NCBI GenBank assembly: GCA_022705945.1
Contig: JAKJDL010000001.1
Location: forward strand, 53,047-117,046
From: Candidatus Omnitrophota bacterium
GTDB taxonomy: Bacteria > Omnitrophota > Omnitrophia > Omnitrophales > Aquincolibacteriaceae
DNA length: 64,000 nucleotides
Reading direction: 5' to 3'
The notes under the pieces are model-generated. The model saw only the letters and a program-made list of their open reading frames with translations, was not told where the DNA came from and searched no databases. Shown here one piece after another: positions 8,126 through 17,653 of the stretch (the stretch's first letter is position 1; each line of letters starts with the position of its first letter). A program made the position numbers and the translations under genes.

Positions 8126-8429
8126 TTACTCTCCTCCGCAGAACTAAAGACATTTTCTGCTGTTTTATAAAATCTTTCGCAAGGATAACATGTCATTCCT
8201 AAAAAAACAATTGACGGGATAACTATACATGTATATGGATTTTATATTTATATTAATTAGTTTTTGATAATCAATTGATATCTTTTGATTGTTTATCTAT
8301 TAGTAAGATAACTTATGAATGTGGTTGTGTCAATATGTTAATAATGATATTTATTTTATTTTAACCTATTGAAAACAAAAGGGTTAGGTCATAATACCAT
8401 TTAAAAAAATAAACAACGCGGCGGGAGTT
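8126..8429 (-). promoter_or_regulatory. About 300-bp strongly AT-rich intergenic island (GC roughly 25%), the promoter/leader region of the giant gene and the 3' flank of uvrD
   Basis: It contrasts sharply with the GC-rich surroundings. It contains TATA-like and TTGACA-like hexamers on the minus strand, which I have not assigned to exact positions. The giant ORF begins immediately downstream with a consensus SD. Confidence 0.5.
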
Positions 8430-10637
8430 TCAGGAAAAATCAATAATGGGACCGTCTTCGATGCGACAATCAGAAAATTCGTCGCGGTCGTCGGAATAAG
8501 CCGAATGTCGTCCTGACACCTTGAACAAATGCGACGGAATTTCGGTCAGAAACCGGGACGGCAGATTGTGGTGAGACGCGCCATAAAGGAGGCGCCGGGC
8601 CGCGTAAGAGATGTGGAGACGCTCCTCGGCGCGCGTGATCCCTACGTAACAGAGGCGACGCTCTTCCTCGATCTCGTCCGCTGATTTGAGATAAGTGTGG
8701 ACGTGCGGAAACAACCCTTCCTCGAGTCCGATCATAAAAACAACCGGGAATTCGAGGCCTTTGGCCATATGAAGGGTCATGAGCGTAAGCACATTCGTTC
8801 CCTGCTCCCACCGGTCGAGGTCCGTGACAAGCTCGATCGAATCGAGGAATGACGCCAGCGGTGTCATCCCGGGACCCGCCGCCTGGGATCCGTCACCCGC
8901 ATCAGCTCCCCGTTCTTGCGTTCCCCATGTCCCGGGGAACGAATCACGCCCATTTTCAAAATCATCGATCACGCTAAAAAATTCTTCGATATTCTCGATC
9001 CTCGCCTCGGCTTCAGCCGTCCGCTCGGCCTCCAGTTCGGCCGCGTAGCGCGAATCTTCCAGGACTTTCCTCAGGATCTCCCGGACCGAAAGCTCGCGGC
9101 TCAACTCCCTGAGACGGAGGATCATCGCGTAAAAATCGCCGATGTTCTTTTTCACCCGGGGTGCAAGGCCTTCGATACTATGAACGTTCGAGAGCACAAC
9201 GTCCCAAACTGAGGCGCCGGACAGCGAAGGACGGATAGCGGATGAAGTTTTTGGTTCAGCCTCACCCGCTATTCTTTTTGCTTCATCCCGTTTTTCTTCG
9301 TCCCCCTTCATCCTCTTTCCGATTTCCCGATTTACGGCTTGCTCCAGCACTTCCATCGCCTTCTTGCCAATCCCCCGGGCCGGAACATTGATCACGCGCT
9401 TCAGGCTCAACTCGTCCGACGGATGAGCGATTAGCCTGAGGTAGGCGATCACATCCCTGATCTCTTTCCGGTCATAGAACCGGACCCCTCCCACGATCTT
9501 GTAGGGAATATTGGCCCTGCGGAGCTGGTCCTCCAAAACACGTGATTGGGCATGGACACGGTAAAAAACGACCTGGGACGAAAGCGGACGGCCGGAAGCC
9601 CGGTATTTCAGAACATTCGAGACCACATAACGCGCCTCATCCGATTCATCTTCGGCCTCATAAAGCTCGATACGTTCCCCGCCTTTCCTGTCGGTCCAGA
9701 GGTTCTTGGGTTTGCGCATCTCGTTGTGCCTGATCAGATGGTTCGCGGCATCCAGCACGACGGAGGTCGAGCGGTAGTTTTGCTCCATCCGGATGATCCC
9801 GGAATCCGGATAATCCGTTTCGAAATTGAGGATATTCCTGATATCCGCGCCGCGCCAGGCGTAGATCGACTGGTCCGGATCCCCCACGACCGTGATCTGT
9901 CTTCGCGATGCCGCAAGCAGTTTGACAAAGCGATACTGCGCATGATTCGTGTCCTGATATTCATCGATCAAAACATACCGAAACCTGTCCTGCCACGCCT
10001 TCAACACTTCGGGAGCGCGGTCAAAAAGCGCCACGGTCTTCATGATCAGATCCCCAAAGTCGCAGGCCTTCAGACGTTTCATCTTTTCCTCGTAAAGAAG
10101 GTAAACTTTCGCCGCCGCATCCCGGTAAAGGTCCATGGCCTTTTCCGCAAACTGGAACGGTGTCCGGAGAAAATCCTTTGCCCGCTGGATCTCTTCCCTG
10201 ACCCCTTTCGGGTGAACTTTTTTCTCGTCAAAATTCAGATCCCGGATGCATTCCTTGACAAGCTGCAGCTGATCCGATTCGTCATAAACAAGAAAACGCG
10301 GATCCAGACCGATCGCGGCCCCGTCCCGGCGGAGGATCCGGAGGCAAGTCGAATGGAAGGTGCTGATCCAAACCTGCTGGCGGGTCAGTTTTTCGACCCT
10401 TGAGCGCATTTCGCCGGCGGCCTTATTCGTGAAAGTGACACCCAGGATATTGAAACCGGGGACCCCCTGTTCGATCAGATACGCGATCCGGTGCGTCAGG
10501 ATGCGGGTCTTCCCGCTCCCCGCACCCGCCAGAATCAAAAGAGGGGTTTCCCCGGGCCAGGTAACGGCTTCCCGCTGGGTGGGATTGAGATTATTTAAAA
10601 TGTCATTTGTCACAGTCGACTTTTCCGTTGATGTCAA
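8430..10637 (-). CDS. pcrA: ATP-dependent DNA helicase, UvrD/PcrA/Rep family
   Basis: N-terminus LNPTQREAVTWPGETPLLILAGAGSGKTRILTHRIAYL contains the Walker A / helicase motif I. UvrD motifs recur throughout (VLIDEYQDTNHAQY, VVGDPDQSIYAWRGA). The start is TTG at 10635-10637 in the ORF track, and an alternative GTG lies a few codons in. Confidence 0.9.
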   Translation of the reverse strand: MTSTEKSTVTNDILNNLNPTQREAVTWPGETPLLILAGAGSGKTRILTHRIAYLIEQGVPGFNILGVTFTNKAAGEMRSRVEKLTRQQVWISTFHSTCLRILRRDGAAIGLDPRFLVYDESDQLQLVKECIRDLNFDEKKVHPKGVREEIQRAKDFLRTPFQFAEKAMDLYRDAAAKVYLLYEEKMKRLKACDFGDLIMKTVALFDRAPEVLKAWQDRFRYVLIDEYQDTNHAQYRFVKLLAASRRQITVVGDPDQSIYAWRGADIRNILNFETDYPDSGIIRMEQNYRSTSVVLDAANHLIRHNEMRKPKNLWTDRKGGERIELYEAEDESDEARYVVSNVLKYRASGRPLSSQVVFYRVHAQSRVLEDQLRRANIPYKIVGGVRFYDRKEIRDVIAYLRLIAHPSDELSLKRVINVPARGIGKKAMEVLEQAVNREIGKRMKGDEEKRDEAKRIAGEAEPKTSSAIRPSLSGASVWDVVLSNVHSIEGLAPRVKKNIGDFYAMILRLRELSRELSVREILRKVLEDSRYAAELEAERTAEAEARIENIEEFFSVIDDFENGRDSFPGTWGTQERGADAGDGSQAAGPGMTPLASFLDSIELVTDLDRWEQGTNVLTLMTLHMAKGLEFPVVFMIGLEEGLFPHVHTYLKSADEIEEERRLCYVGITRAEERLHISYAARRLLYGASHHNLPSRFLTEIPSHLFKVSGRHSAYSDDRDEFSDCRIEDGPIIDFS

Positions 10638-10666
10638 AAAACCGCTTATGGCCCGCAGAAGCGGTT
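10635..10666 (-). terminator. Intrinsic terminator-like hairpin (accgctt-N11-aagcggt) followed by T6 on the minus strand, downstream of the 123-aa ORF
   Basis: A 7-bp stem with an 11-nt loop is flanked by an A6 run on the plus strand, which is T6 on the minus strand. The T-run overlaps the TTG start assigned to uvrD. Confidence 0.4.
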
Positions 10667-10716
10667 TTATAAATCATTTTTCTATTTTTCAACCTAGCCT
10701 GTCGCTGACGGCACGA

Positions 10717-11088
10717 TCAGTCCTCAATTTGATATTTTCCGAACGCTTCTTCAAAGTCGTAACCGTTCTCGAAATCTTCAAGCTTGTCCTCGGGCTGTTT
10801 GCTTAAAAGTTTCACATCGATCAGGGCAAAAACAATCTTCCCGAAATCAAGCGTCGATTTGATCCCCCAATACCGGAAAACGGTCAGGGTCATGGGACCG
10901 AACTGCCGGATGCCGTAAGAACGGATTCCTTCCAGGAGTTCGGGCCCCGAAACGTGCCGCGGCTTCTTCAGACCTGAAACCGTGTCATGGAGCGCAGCGA
11001 GCACAAAGGTGTAGGCTTCAAACTTGTAATCCGGGTTTTGCTCTAGGATCGATTCTATTTTTTTGAGGTATTCGCTTCGTTGTTCCAT
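10717..11088 (-). CDS. Hypothetical protein (123 aa), acidic C-terminus
   Basis: It is a clean ORF in the same orientation, between the lipoyl transferase and uvrD. I do not recognise a domain. Confidence 0.45.
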   Translation of the reverse strand: MEQRSEYLKKIESILEQNPDYKFEAYTFVLAALHDTVSGLKKPRHVSGPELLEGIRSYGIRQFGPMTLTVFRYWGIKSTLDFGKIVFALIDVKLLSKQPEDKLEDFENGYDFEEAFGKYQIED

Positions 11089-11157
11089 TGGCTTTGCCCG
11101 TCTGTGGCCCCCGGCTTACAGCTTATAACCGATGGCCAGAATGCACCGGCGCATTTG

Positions 11158-11841
11158 TTACAAGCAACGGGCTTCCATCCGCAGACGCTTCATCGCTTGA
11201 AAATAAATCTCCGGATCCAGATTCACTTCTGTGATACCGATTTCAAAAACCTTCTCGAATGAATCGCGGAGTGACTTGATCATATCCGGCTTGCTGACGC
11301 CGGCCGGGACCACGATCGACTCATGGTGCAGCAAAACACCCCCGGAACGTTTCTGGGCTCCGCCCGCGACCTTCCTCCCCTTCCACTCGAGGTCATTGGG
11401 AACGGGATGGAAAAAACAATCAGCTCCCCGCCCGCGAGCTTCGGTATCTTCATAATACCTTGGATCGAGACCGAATGCCCGGAATCCGCCCTGAACCGCT
11501 TCGTGGATCCTGGCATAGCTCGCCTTGACGGGGCCAAGATCCGGAATGCTGTCCATCCGGGCGACCAGTGAAAAAACAATGTCCCGGCCGTGCAAAACAC
11601 AACCTCCGCCCGTGATCCGCTTCGCGGCCGGAATCCCGGGATGGGACTTCACGAGTTCCGAGCGCCTGAGGCTTTCGGCATTCCGGAAGGAGAAGCCCGC
11701 CGTGATCCACGGCTCTGATGAGACATAAAACCGCAGGAGAGGGGCCGCCGGATATTTTTTGATATTTTCAAACAAACACTCATCAAACGCCATCTGGAAA
11801 GACATCGGCGCACTGATCACCGGCAGAAGATGCCAGTTCAT
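11158..11841 (-). CDS. Lipoate-protein ligase / octanoyltransferase family protein (BPL/LPL catalytic domain, LplA/LipB/LipM-like)
   Basis: It has the signature AAKRITGGGCVLHG (the RRxTGGGAVxH motif of the LplA/LipB family). It is only 227 aa and lacks the LplA C-terminal domain. It sits next to the glycine cleavage genes whose H-protein it would lipoylate. Confidence 0.7.
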   Translation of the reverse strand: MNWHLLPVISAPMSFQMAFDECLFENIKKYPAAPLLRFYVSSEPWITAGFSFRNAESLRRSELVKSHPGIPAAKRITGGGCVLHGRDIVFSLVARMDSIPDLGPVKASYARIHEAVQGGFRAFGLDPRYYEDTEARGRGADCFFHPVPNDLEWKGRKVAGGAQKRSGGVLLHHESIVVPAGVSKPDMIKSLRDSFEKVFEIGITEVNLDPEIYFQAMKRLRMEARCL

Positions 11842-11929
11842 GGTAAAAGACCGGGGCCGGGGATCGGGGACTCATTCCTCGCATTTAAAAACCCGTCCCG
11901 GCTCCCGAGGCGCAAGTCCCGCATCAGAA

Positions 11930-13417
11930 TTATGCGGCAGTTTCAGCCGCAACGGTTTTTTCTCGCAGTAGATCGCGATAGGTCAAAAGAGGCTTACGTG
12001 CGGCAAGGACGTCGTTGGGCCGGCGCACAGGAAGCGTGTAAGGGGCATTCCTGACCTTCTCGGGTTCCGTTTCGATCTCGGAGGCGATCCGCTTCATAGC
12101 CTCGACGAAAAGATCCAGGGTCTCGCGGCTTTCCGTTTCCGTCGGTTCGATCATGAGGGCCTCGGACACCACAAGCGGGAAATGAACGGTAGGCGCATGA
12201 AACCCGAAATCAAGCAGGCGCTTGCCCACGTCCCCGGCATGAACTCCCCTGGCGGCCGCATGCTTAAGCGTCAGAACGAACTCATGAAGACAAGGTCCTT
12301 CCACGGCAACCGGAAAAACATCGCGAAGCTTTAGCCTCAAATAGTTGGCATTCAGGATCGCCCCTTCACTCACGCGCAAAAGGCCTTCCTTGCCAAGAAC
12401 TTTGAGATATGCCCAGGCACGCAGAATCACACCGATGTTTCCGTAAAAAGCCTTGACTCGCCCGATGCTGGTCTTTGATTTTTCGGCCCAGCCGTAGCGA
12501 TCTCCTTTTTTCTCGACAAGAGGATACGGCAGAAACGGAATGAGATGACGTTTTACTCCGACCGGACCGGATCCGGGCCCTCCGCCGCCATGCGGGGTCG
12601 AGAAGGTCTTATGAAGATTCACATGAACGACATCAAAACCCATATCGCCCGGCCTCGCTATTCCGAGAAGCGGATTCAGGTTTGCCCCGTCGTAATAAAG
12701 AAGGCCTCCGTGCGAGTGAACAAGTTTAGCGATCTCAAGGATGTTCTCATCAAAAACCCCGAGCGTGTTCGGATTGGTCAGCATCAGACAGGCCACGTGA
12801 TCATCCAAAACCGATTTAAAACTTTCCAGGTCGATGCGCCCGCGCGCGTCGGATTTGACCTCCACCACGCGGTATCCGACAAGAGAGGCTGTCGCCGGGT
12901 TCGTCCCGTGACTTGAATCGGGAACAAGCACCTTCGTGCGTTTGGCGTCCCCCCGCGATTCGTGATAGGCACGTACAAGCATGATCCCGGTAAGCTCGCC
13001 ATGGGCACCGGCGGCCGGCTGAAGCGTGAAGCGATCCATCCCCGTGATCGATTTGAGACTCTCTTCAAGATCCCAGAGGAGCTCCATCATCCCCTGAACG
13101 GTCCCGTCCGGCTGAAGCGGATGCAGCCCGGCAAATTTTTCCTGCCGGGCAACCCATTCGTTGATCTTGGGGTTGTATTTCATGGTGCAGCTCCCGAGCG
13201 GATAGAAATGCGTGTCGACCGAAAAATTTTTGCGCGAGAGGTTGAGAAAATGCCGCACGATGTCCAGTTCGCTCATTTCCGGGAAAAGAGGCGGGCTCTG
13301 TCGCCTGAGCGCGGCGGGCGGTTCAGCCCGGGAAAATTTTTCTCGCGGAAGGATCACGCCGCGACGGCCGGGACTGCTTTTTTCAAAACTGAGACGGTCA
13401 TCTCGGGAGATCAGCAT
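11930..13417 (-). CDS. gcvPB: Glycine dehydrogenase (decarboxylating) subunit 2 (P-protein C-terminal half)
   Basis: A PLP-dependent fold is present, with motifs such as TLQPAAGAHGELTG and NLHKTFSTPHGGGGPG (PLP-lysine region). It overlaps gcvPA by 7 nt. Confidence 0.9.
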   Translation of the reverse strand: MLISRDDRLSFEKSSPGRRGVILPREKFSRAEPPAALRRQSPPLFPEMSELDIVRHFLNLSRKNFSVDTHFYPLGSCTMKYNPKINEWVARQEKFAGLHPLQPDGTVQGMMELLWDLEESLKSITGMDRFTLQPAAGAHGELTGIMLVRAYHESRGDAKRTKVLVPDSSHGTNPATASLVGYRVVEVKSDARGRIDLESFKSVLDDHVACLMLTNPNTLGVFDENILEIAKLVHSHGGLLYYDGANLNPLLGIARPGDMGFDVVHVNLHKTFSTPHGGGGPGSGPVGVKRHLIPFLPYPLVEKKGDRYGWAEKSKTSIGRVKAFYGNIGVILRAWAYLKVLGKEGLLRVSEGAILNANYLRLKLRDVFPVAVEGPCLHEFVLTLKHAAARGVHAGDVGKRLLDFGFHAPTVHFPLVVSEALMIEPTETESRETLDLFVEAMKRIASEIETEPEKVRNAPYTLPVRRPNDVLAARKPLLTYRDLLREKTVAAETAA

Positions 13418-14748
13418 CGGGAAAGCGCCTCCACAAAGCGGTCCAGCTCTTCGCGGGTTTTTGTCTCGGTCGCGCAGACCAGGAACTCGTCTTTCAGTTC
13501 GGGATAAAACGGCTCAAGCGCCACCCCCGGGAAAATACCGCCCTCCATCAGACGTTTTTCAATCTGGGGAAAGGGTTTTCTGCTTTTCACTCTGAACTCA
13601 TTGAAGATCGGCGCCGTCAGGTCAACTTCAAATCCCCCAAGTTTCGAAATTCTTTCCCGTAAATAGCTTGCCCTGTCAAAATTCAGCTCGGCCACCTCGA
13701 GGATTCCCTGCTTCCCGAGAAACGTCATATAAGCACATGCCGTTAATGCGCAAAGGGCCTGGTTCGAGCAAATATTCGACGCGGCACGTTCGCGGCGGAT
13801 GTGCTGTTCCCGCGCCTGGAGCGTCAGGCAGAATGCCCGTTTTCCGTCCGCGTCTTCGGTCGCACCCGCGATGCGCCCCGGGATCTTCCGGAGAAGCGCC
13901 TGCGTGGTGACAAAATAGCCCAGGTAGGGCCCTCCGAAAGAGACCGGCATCCCGAGCGGCTGGCCTTCTCCCGCCGCGATATCGGCACCCCATTCTCCCG
14001 GCGGGCGGTACAGGGCATAAGACAAGGGATGACCCGACAGGATCATGAGCGACCCGTTTGCATGAACGCGATCGGCGATCCCCGAAAGGTCCTCAACTAT
14101 TCCCAGAAAATTCGGCGTCTGGAAAACAACGCCCGCTACTTCCGGAGTCAGCTTTTTCTCAAAGTCCTCCCGGTCAAAATCTCCGCCGCGCGCAAAACCG
14201 AAAGTTTCAATATGGCAGGGACTTCCATTCAGATAAGTTCCGATCACCTCACGGTAATGCGGATGAAGCGAGCGGGCGATCAGGATCTTTTTCCGGTCAG
14301 TGTGCTTGAGCGCAACGATCACCGCTTCGGCAAGGCTTGTGGCTCCGTCATAATGGGATGCATTCGATGCCGAAAGCCCCATAAGTTCCGCCATCAGACT
14401 CTGATATTCGAAAATCACCTGCAGGGTCCCCTGGGAAGCTTCCGGCTGGTAAGGGGTGTAAGCGGTGCTAAATTCCTGACGCGCCGCCACTTCCTGAACG
14501 GCCGGAGGAATATAATGATCATAACTTCCTGCGCCAAGAAAACTAAGGACGTCGGAAACCGCGAGGTTCTTCAAACCGAGAAACTGAATCCGCTTTTGAA
14601 CTTCAAGTTCGCTCAGGGCCGGCGAAACAGCCGTCTTGGGTTCGCGAAGAGATGCGGGAATTGAACCGATCAGATCCTCGAGAGAAGACACCCCGATTTC
14701 TTTCAGGATAGCTTTTCGTTCCCGGTCGGTGTGGGGTATGTAGGGCAT
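13411..14748 (-). CDS. gcvPA: Glycine dehydrogenase (decarboxylating) subunit 1 (P-protein N-terminal half)
   Basis: MPYIPHTDRERKAILKEIGVSSLEDL...FLGAGSYDHYIPPAV is the typical GcvPA N-terminus. It lies adjacent to gcvH, gcvT and gcvPB. Confidence 0.9.
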   Translation of the reverse strand: MPYIPHTDRERKAILKEIGVSSLEDLIGSIPASLREPKTAVSPALSELEVQKRIQFLGLKNLAVSDVLSFLGAGSYDHYIPPAVQEVAARQEFSTAYTPYQPEASQGTLQVIFEYQSLMAELMGLSASNASHYDGATSLAEAVIVALKHTDRKKILIARSLHPHYREVIGTYLNGSPCHIETFGFARGGDFDREDFEKKLTPEVAGVVFQTPNFLGIVEDLSGIADRVHANGSLMILSGHPLSYALYRPPGEWGADIAAGEGQPLGMPVSFGGPYLGYFVTTQALLRKIPGRIAGATEDADGKRAFCLTLQAREQHIRRERAASNICSNQALCALTACAYMTFLGKQGILEVAELNFDRASYLRERISKLGGFEVDLTAPIFNEFRVKSRKPFPQIEKRLMEGGIFPGVALEPFYPELKDEFLVCATETKTREELDRFVEALSRC

Positions 14749-14765
14749 CGGAATCTACCCTGCGA

Positions 14766-15158
14766 TCAATGCTGGGGGCCCGATTGGACAAACTCGGAAT
14801 ACTGCCGGGCCGTCATAAGGGAATCCAGATCGCCCGGGCTGGAAATCTCAAGCTCAAAAAGCCATCCCGCTCCGTAAGGATCCTGGTTCACGAGCCCCGG
14901 ATTCGACTCAAGCGCCTGATTGGCGTCCGTCACGGTCCCCGAAACGGGCGCGTAGATATCAAAAGCCGCTTTGACGGATTCAATGACCGACGCGGCCTTC
15001 CCTTGAGAAACGGGATGTCCTTTCTTGGCGAGTTCGACAAACACAACGTCCGAGATCTCTTTTTGCGCATACTCGGTCACGCCGACCCTGGCTTTTGAGC
15101 CATCGGCCTTTATCCATTCGTGCGTCTTGGTATAGCGTAAATTTTCAGGGAAATTCAT
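14766..15158 (-). CDS. gcvH: Glycine cleavage system H protein
   Basis: YTKTHEWIK...ESVKAA contains the lipoyl-lysine motif. It is 130 aa. Confidence 0.9.
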   Translation of the reverse strand: MNFPENLRYTKTHEWIKADGSKARVGVTEYAQKEISDVVFVELAKKGHPVSQGKAASVIESVKAAFDIYAPVSGTVTDANQALESNPGLVNQDPYGAGWLFELEISSPGDLDSLMTARQYSEFVQSGPQH

Positions 15159-15211
15159 GAATCATCCTCCAATTGAATTAATATGCCGGGGAAAAACGGA
15201 GCCGCATTCTA

Positions 15212-16312
15212 CTATTTTCTTTTGTAAAAAGGTAGGGAAACTATGCGGGCTTTGGCGGGATTGCCGCGGATTATAATATCAATTTCGCTTCCCTCCGCCG
15301 CTTCGGAAAACGACACATAGGCCATCCCGAGGTTTCTTCCGCTTCCGCCCGCGACGGGTATGAAACTCCCGCTTGTAACCCATCCGATCCGCGTCCCGTT
15401 CTTTTGGACTTCGCATCCGTGCCGGGGTATTCCGCGTCCGGTCATTTCAAAACCGATCCTCTTCCGGGCAACACCTTCTTCCTTCTGCTTTTTCAATACC
15501 GGCTGACCGGGGAAAACCGGTTTGGTGAGATCAATCGCCCACCCGAGGCCCGCCTCGAACGGTGTGATTTCATCATCCAGCTCATGTCCGTAAAGCGGCA
15601 TGGCCGCCTCGAGGCGAAGCGTATCGCGGGCACCGAAACCGATCGGCTTCAACCCCCGTTTCGGGCCGGCCCTCAGAACGGCATCCCATACGGATTTCAG
15701 CTTGTCCTTCGGCACCATGATCTCAAAACCGTCCTCCCCCGTATAACCGGTCCGTGCAATCATGCCGCCCTCAAAATCCCCGTAAGTAAAACGTTTCAGA
15801 TCACGATAATAGGCCCCAAACACATCCGTAATGATCGCCTGGCTTGCGGGACCCTGGACAGCCAAAAGGCCGAGATCCGGAGAAAGATCCCTCACAGAAA
15901 CATCCCCGGAGGCGCGCCCTTTGAACCAGTCGTAATCTTTTTTAATATTCCCGGCGTTCACCACAATAAGGAACCGTTCCGATCCAACGCAGTAGACGAT
16001 GATGTCATCCACCATCCCGCCGCGATCGTTGACAAGCGGCATATAAATAGCCTGACGGAGTTTCAGGGGCGCAATACGCCGGGGCAGATTTTTTTCAAGA
16101 AAATCGAGAGCACCGGGACCGTCAACCAGGATTTCCCCCATGTGGGATATGTCAAAAATACCGGCCGCCGTCCGGACTGCCAGATGCTCTTCAATCACGG
16201 TCGAGTAGTAGAGAGGGACCTCCCAACCCCCGAAGCCACCCATTCGGGCGCCCAAGGCCAGGTGTTCACCGTGTAGGGGAAGTTTTTGGGTCGAAGTTTC
16301 CATATTCATCAT
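15212..16312 (-). CDS. gcvT: Glycine cleavage system aminomethyltransferase T protein
   Basis: [32 protein letters not shown]...FDISHMG is the GcvT N-terminal signature. Confidence 0.9.
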   Translation of the reverse strand: MMNMETSTQKLPLHGEHLALGARMGGFGGWEVPLYYSTVIEEHLAVRTAAGIFDISHMGEILVDGPGALDFLEKNLPRRIAPLKLRQAIYMPLVNDRGGMVDDIIVYCVGSERFLIVVNAGNIKKDYDWFKGRASGDVSVRDLSPDLGLLAVQGPASQAIITDVFGAYYRDLKRFTYGDFEGGMIARTGYTGEDGFEIMVPKDKLKSVWDAVLRAGPKRGLKPIGFGARDTLRLEAAMPLYGHELDDEITPFEAGLGWAIDLTKPVFPGQPVLKKQKEEGVARKRIGFEMTGRGIPRHGCEVQKNGTRIGWVTSGSFIPVAGGSGRNLGMAYVSFSEAAEGSEIDIIIRGNPAKARIVSLPFYKRK

Positions 16313-16402
16313 CGCCGGTAAAAAAATGAGGTTTAGCGAAACAGTAATGCGGGATTATAGCTTAAAAAAAGCGTCCGGGACAGACGGTTTTTCAGATTTT
16401 TT

Positions 16403-17653
16403 TCAAAAATAATTCGCAAACCACTGACGGAGGGCGGAGATCCCCCGCGAAAGAATACTTCTCGAAACAAAAAGAGTCTCATTCTCACGCCTGGACGTTA
16501 TCACCCACCGGAGCATTCCGAGGACCGGAGCAAGCGAGGGATCCCTCACGATCTCTTGCGAGGCCTCCACCTGGCGGGCGATCCCAAGCCGCGCTTCGAT
16601 TCCGAATTCTTTCTGCATCCACTCCAGGAATCCGTCGATCATCACCGAACCCCCGGTAAAAACCATGTGAGGATGACGGACGCTTTCATCATTCGCGAAC
16701 TTCCCGGACTCTTCCATGATCTTCGTCATCCACTCTTTCGCGTGCGCGAAAAACCGATCCAAAAACTCCGAACGGCGCACCGATTGTTGGACCTTTTCGT
16801 TCCGCATCACGAGCGGAACGAGCTCGTCGCTTAAACGATCGCGATCATCCAGGGTCGCAAATTTTGCTTTCACCTTGTCGGCATCGCGTTCCTCGATCCG
16901 ATAATCTGCCGCCAACCGCCGGGTCAGATAAGAACCGCCGAAAGGAATGCTTTTCACTCCCGCAAGGCTTCCGTTTCTCCACAAGATAAACTGCGTCACC
17001 TCATCCGCGACGTCAATAATCAAGGCCCCTTCCTGCTTGTCCGAATCCGTCAGCGCTGATTCGGACAGCATCATGGTCTTTGGGAAAAACCCCTCCGGTT
17101 CGATATCGATCGATTCGAAAACCTTGACAATATTCCGGTAGCTCTGGAACTCCATCGTGAAGATCTGAAGAGTCACCCCCAGCCGCTCAGCCTCGAGGCC
17201 GACCGGATTTTTCACCGAAGGCATATCATTCACGAGGAAAGACTCCGGAACCGCCTGCAAGATTGCTTCAGTGAGCGGAAGCATCGCGATATTCCGTGTT
17301 TGCTGAACCACGGATTTGATTTCTTCGGGGCTTATCGTCCGTTTTTCAGGCGTGTAATATTCGCAGCTTGAGGCCCGGCACATCCTGAAACGGCTGTTCC
17401 CAAGCACCACATAAACCGGCACATGCTCCCAGGCTTCGGCGGGCAAAAGCGCGTCGAGCAGTTTTTCAAGCGTCACCGCCGCGTTCTGAAGATTACAAAC
17501 GAGTCCCTTTTCAAAACCTTCCGGAAAAACAGCTTCCTGCTTATGGAGAACGCGAGGATTCACATCCCGCAAATCCGCGAGAACCCCGACCAGCTTCCGG
17601 GTCCCGATATAGATCACCGCACACTTATGCTTTAAATCGGACAATTCCGTCAT
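16403..17653 (-). CDS. ftsA: Cell division protein FtsA (actin-like ATPase)
   Basis: It is a 416-aa actin-fold protein with a C-terminal amphipathic tail, positioned immediately after ftsQ as in dcw clusters. Motifs include LIIDVADEVTQFILWRNG and VFTGGSVMIDG. Confidence 0.8.
   Translation of the reverse strand: MTELSDLKHKCAVIYIGTRKLVGVLADLRDVNPRVLHKQEAVFPEGFEKGLVCNLQNAAVTLEKLLDALLPAEAWEHVPVYVVLGNSRFRMCRASSCEYYTPEKRTISPEEIKSVVQQTRNIAMLPLTEAILQAVPESFLVNDMPSVKNPVGLEAERLGVTLQIFTMEFQSYRNIVKVFESIDIEPEGFFPKTMMLSESALTDSDKQEGALIIDVADEVTQFILWRNGSLAGVKSIPFGGSYLTRRLAADYRIEERDADKVKAKFATLDDRDRLSDELVPLVMRNEKVQQSVRRSEFLDRFFAHAKEWMTKIMEESGKFANDESVRHPHMVFTGGSVMIDGFLEWMQKEFGIEARLGIARQVEASQEIVRDPSLAPVLGMLRWVITSRRENETLFVSRSILSRGISALRQWFANYF

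Noticed and set aside
9546-10403. 285-aa plus-strand ORF antisense to uvrD/pcrA, with similar long antisense ORFs opposite gcvT (15404-16276), murC (20219-20707), murG (21027-21680), cysS (53590-54870), YacL (56287-57288) and clpC (61933-62628)
   Set aside because: All lie wholly within strongly supported conserved genes on the opposite strand. They are the usual by-product of high GC content.
16313-16402. Possible terminator/promoter between ftsA and gcvT (weak 4-bp hairpin plus T7, and a TATAAT hexamer on the minus strand)
   Set aside because: The stem is too short and there is no matching -35. I note it but do not annotate it.
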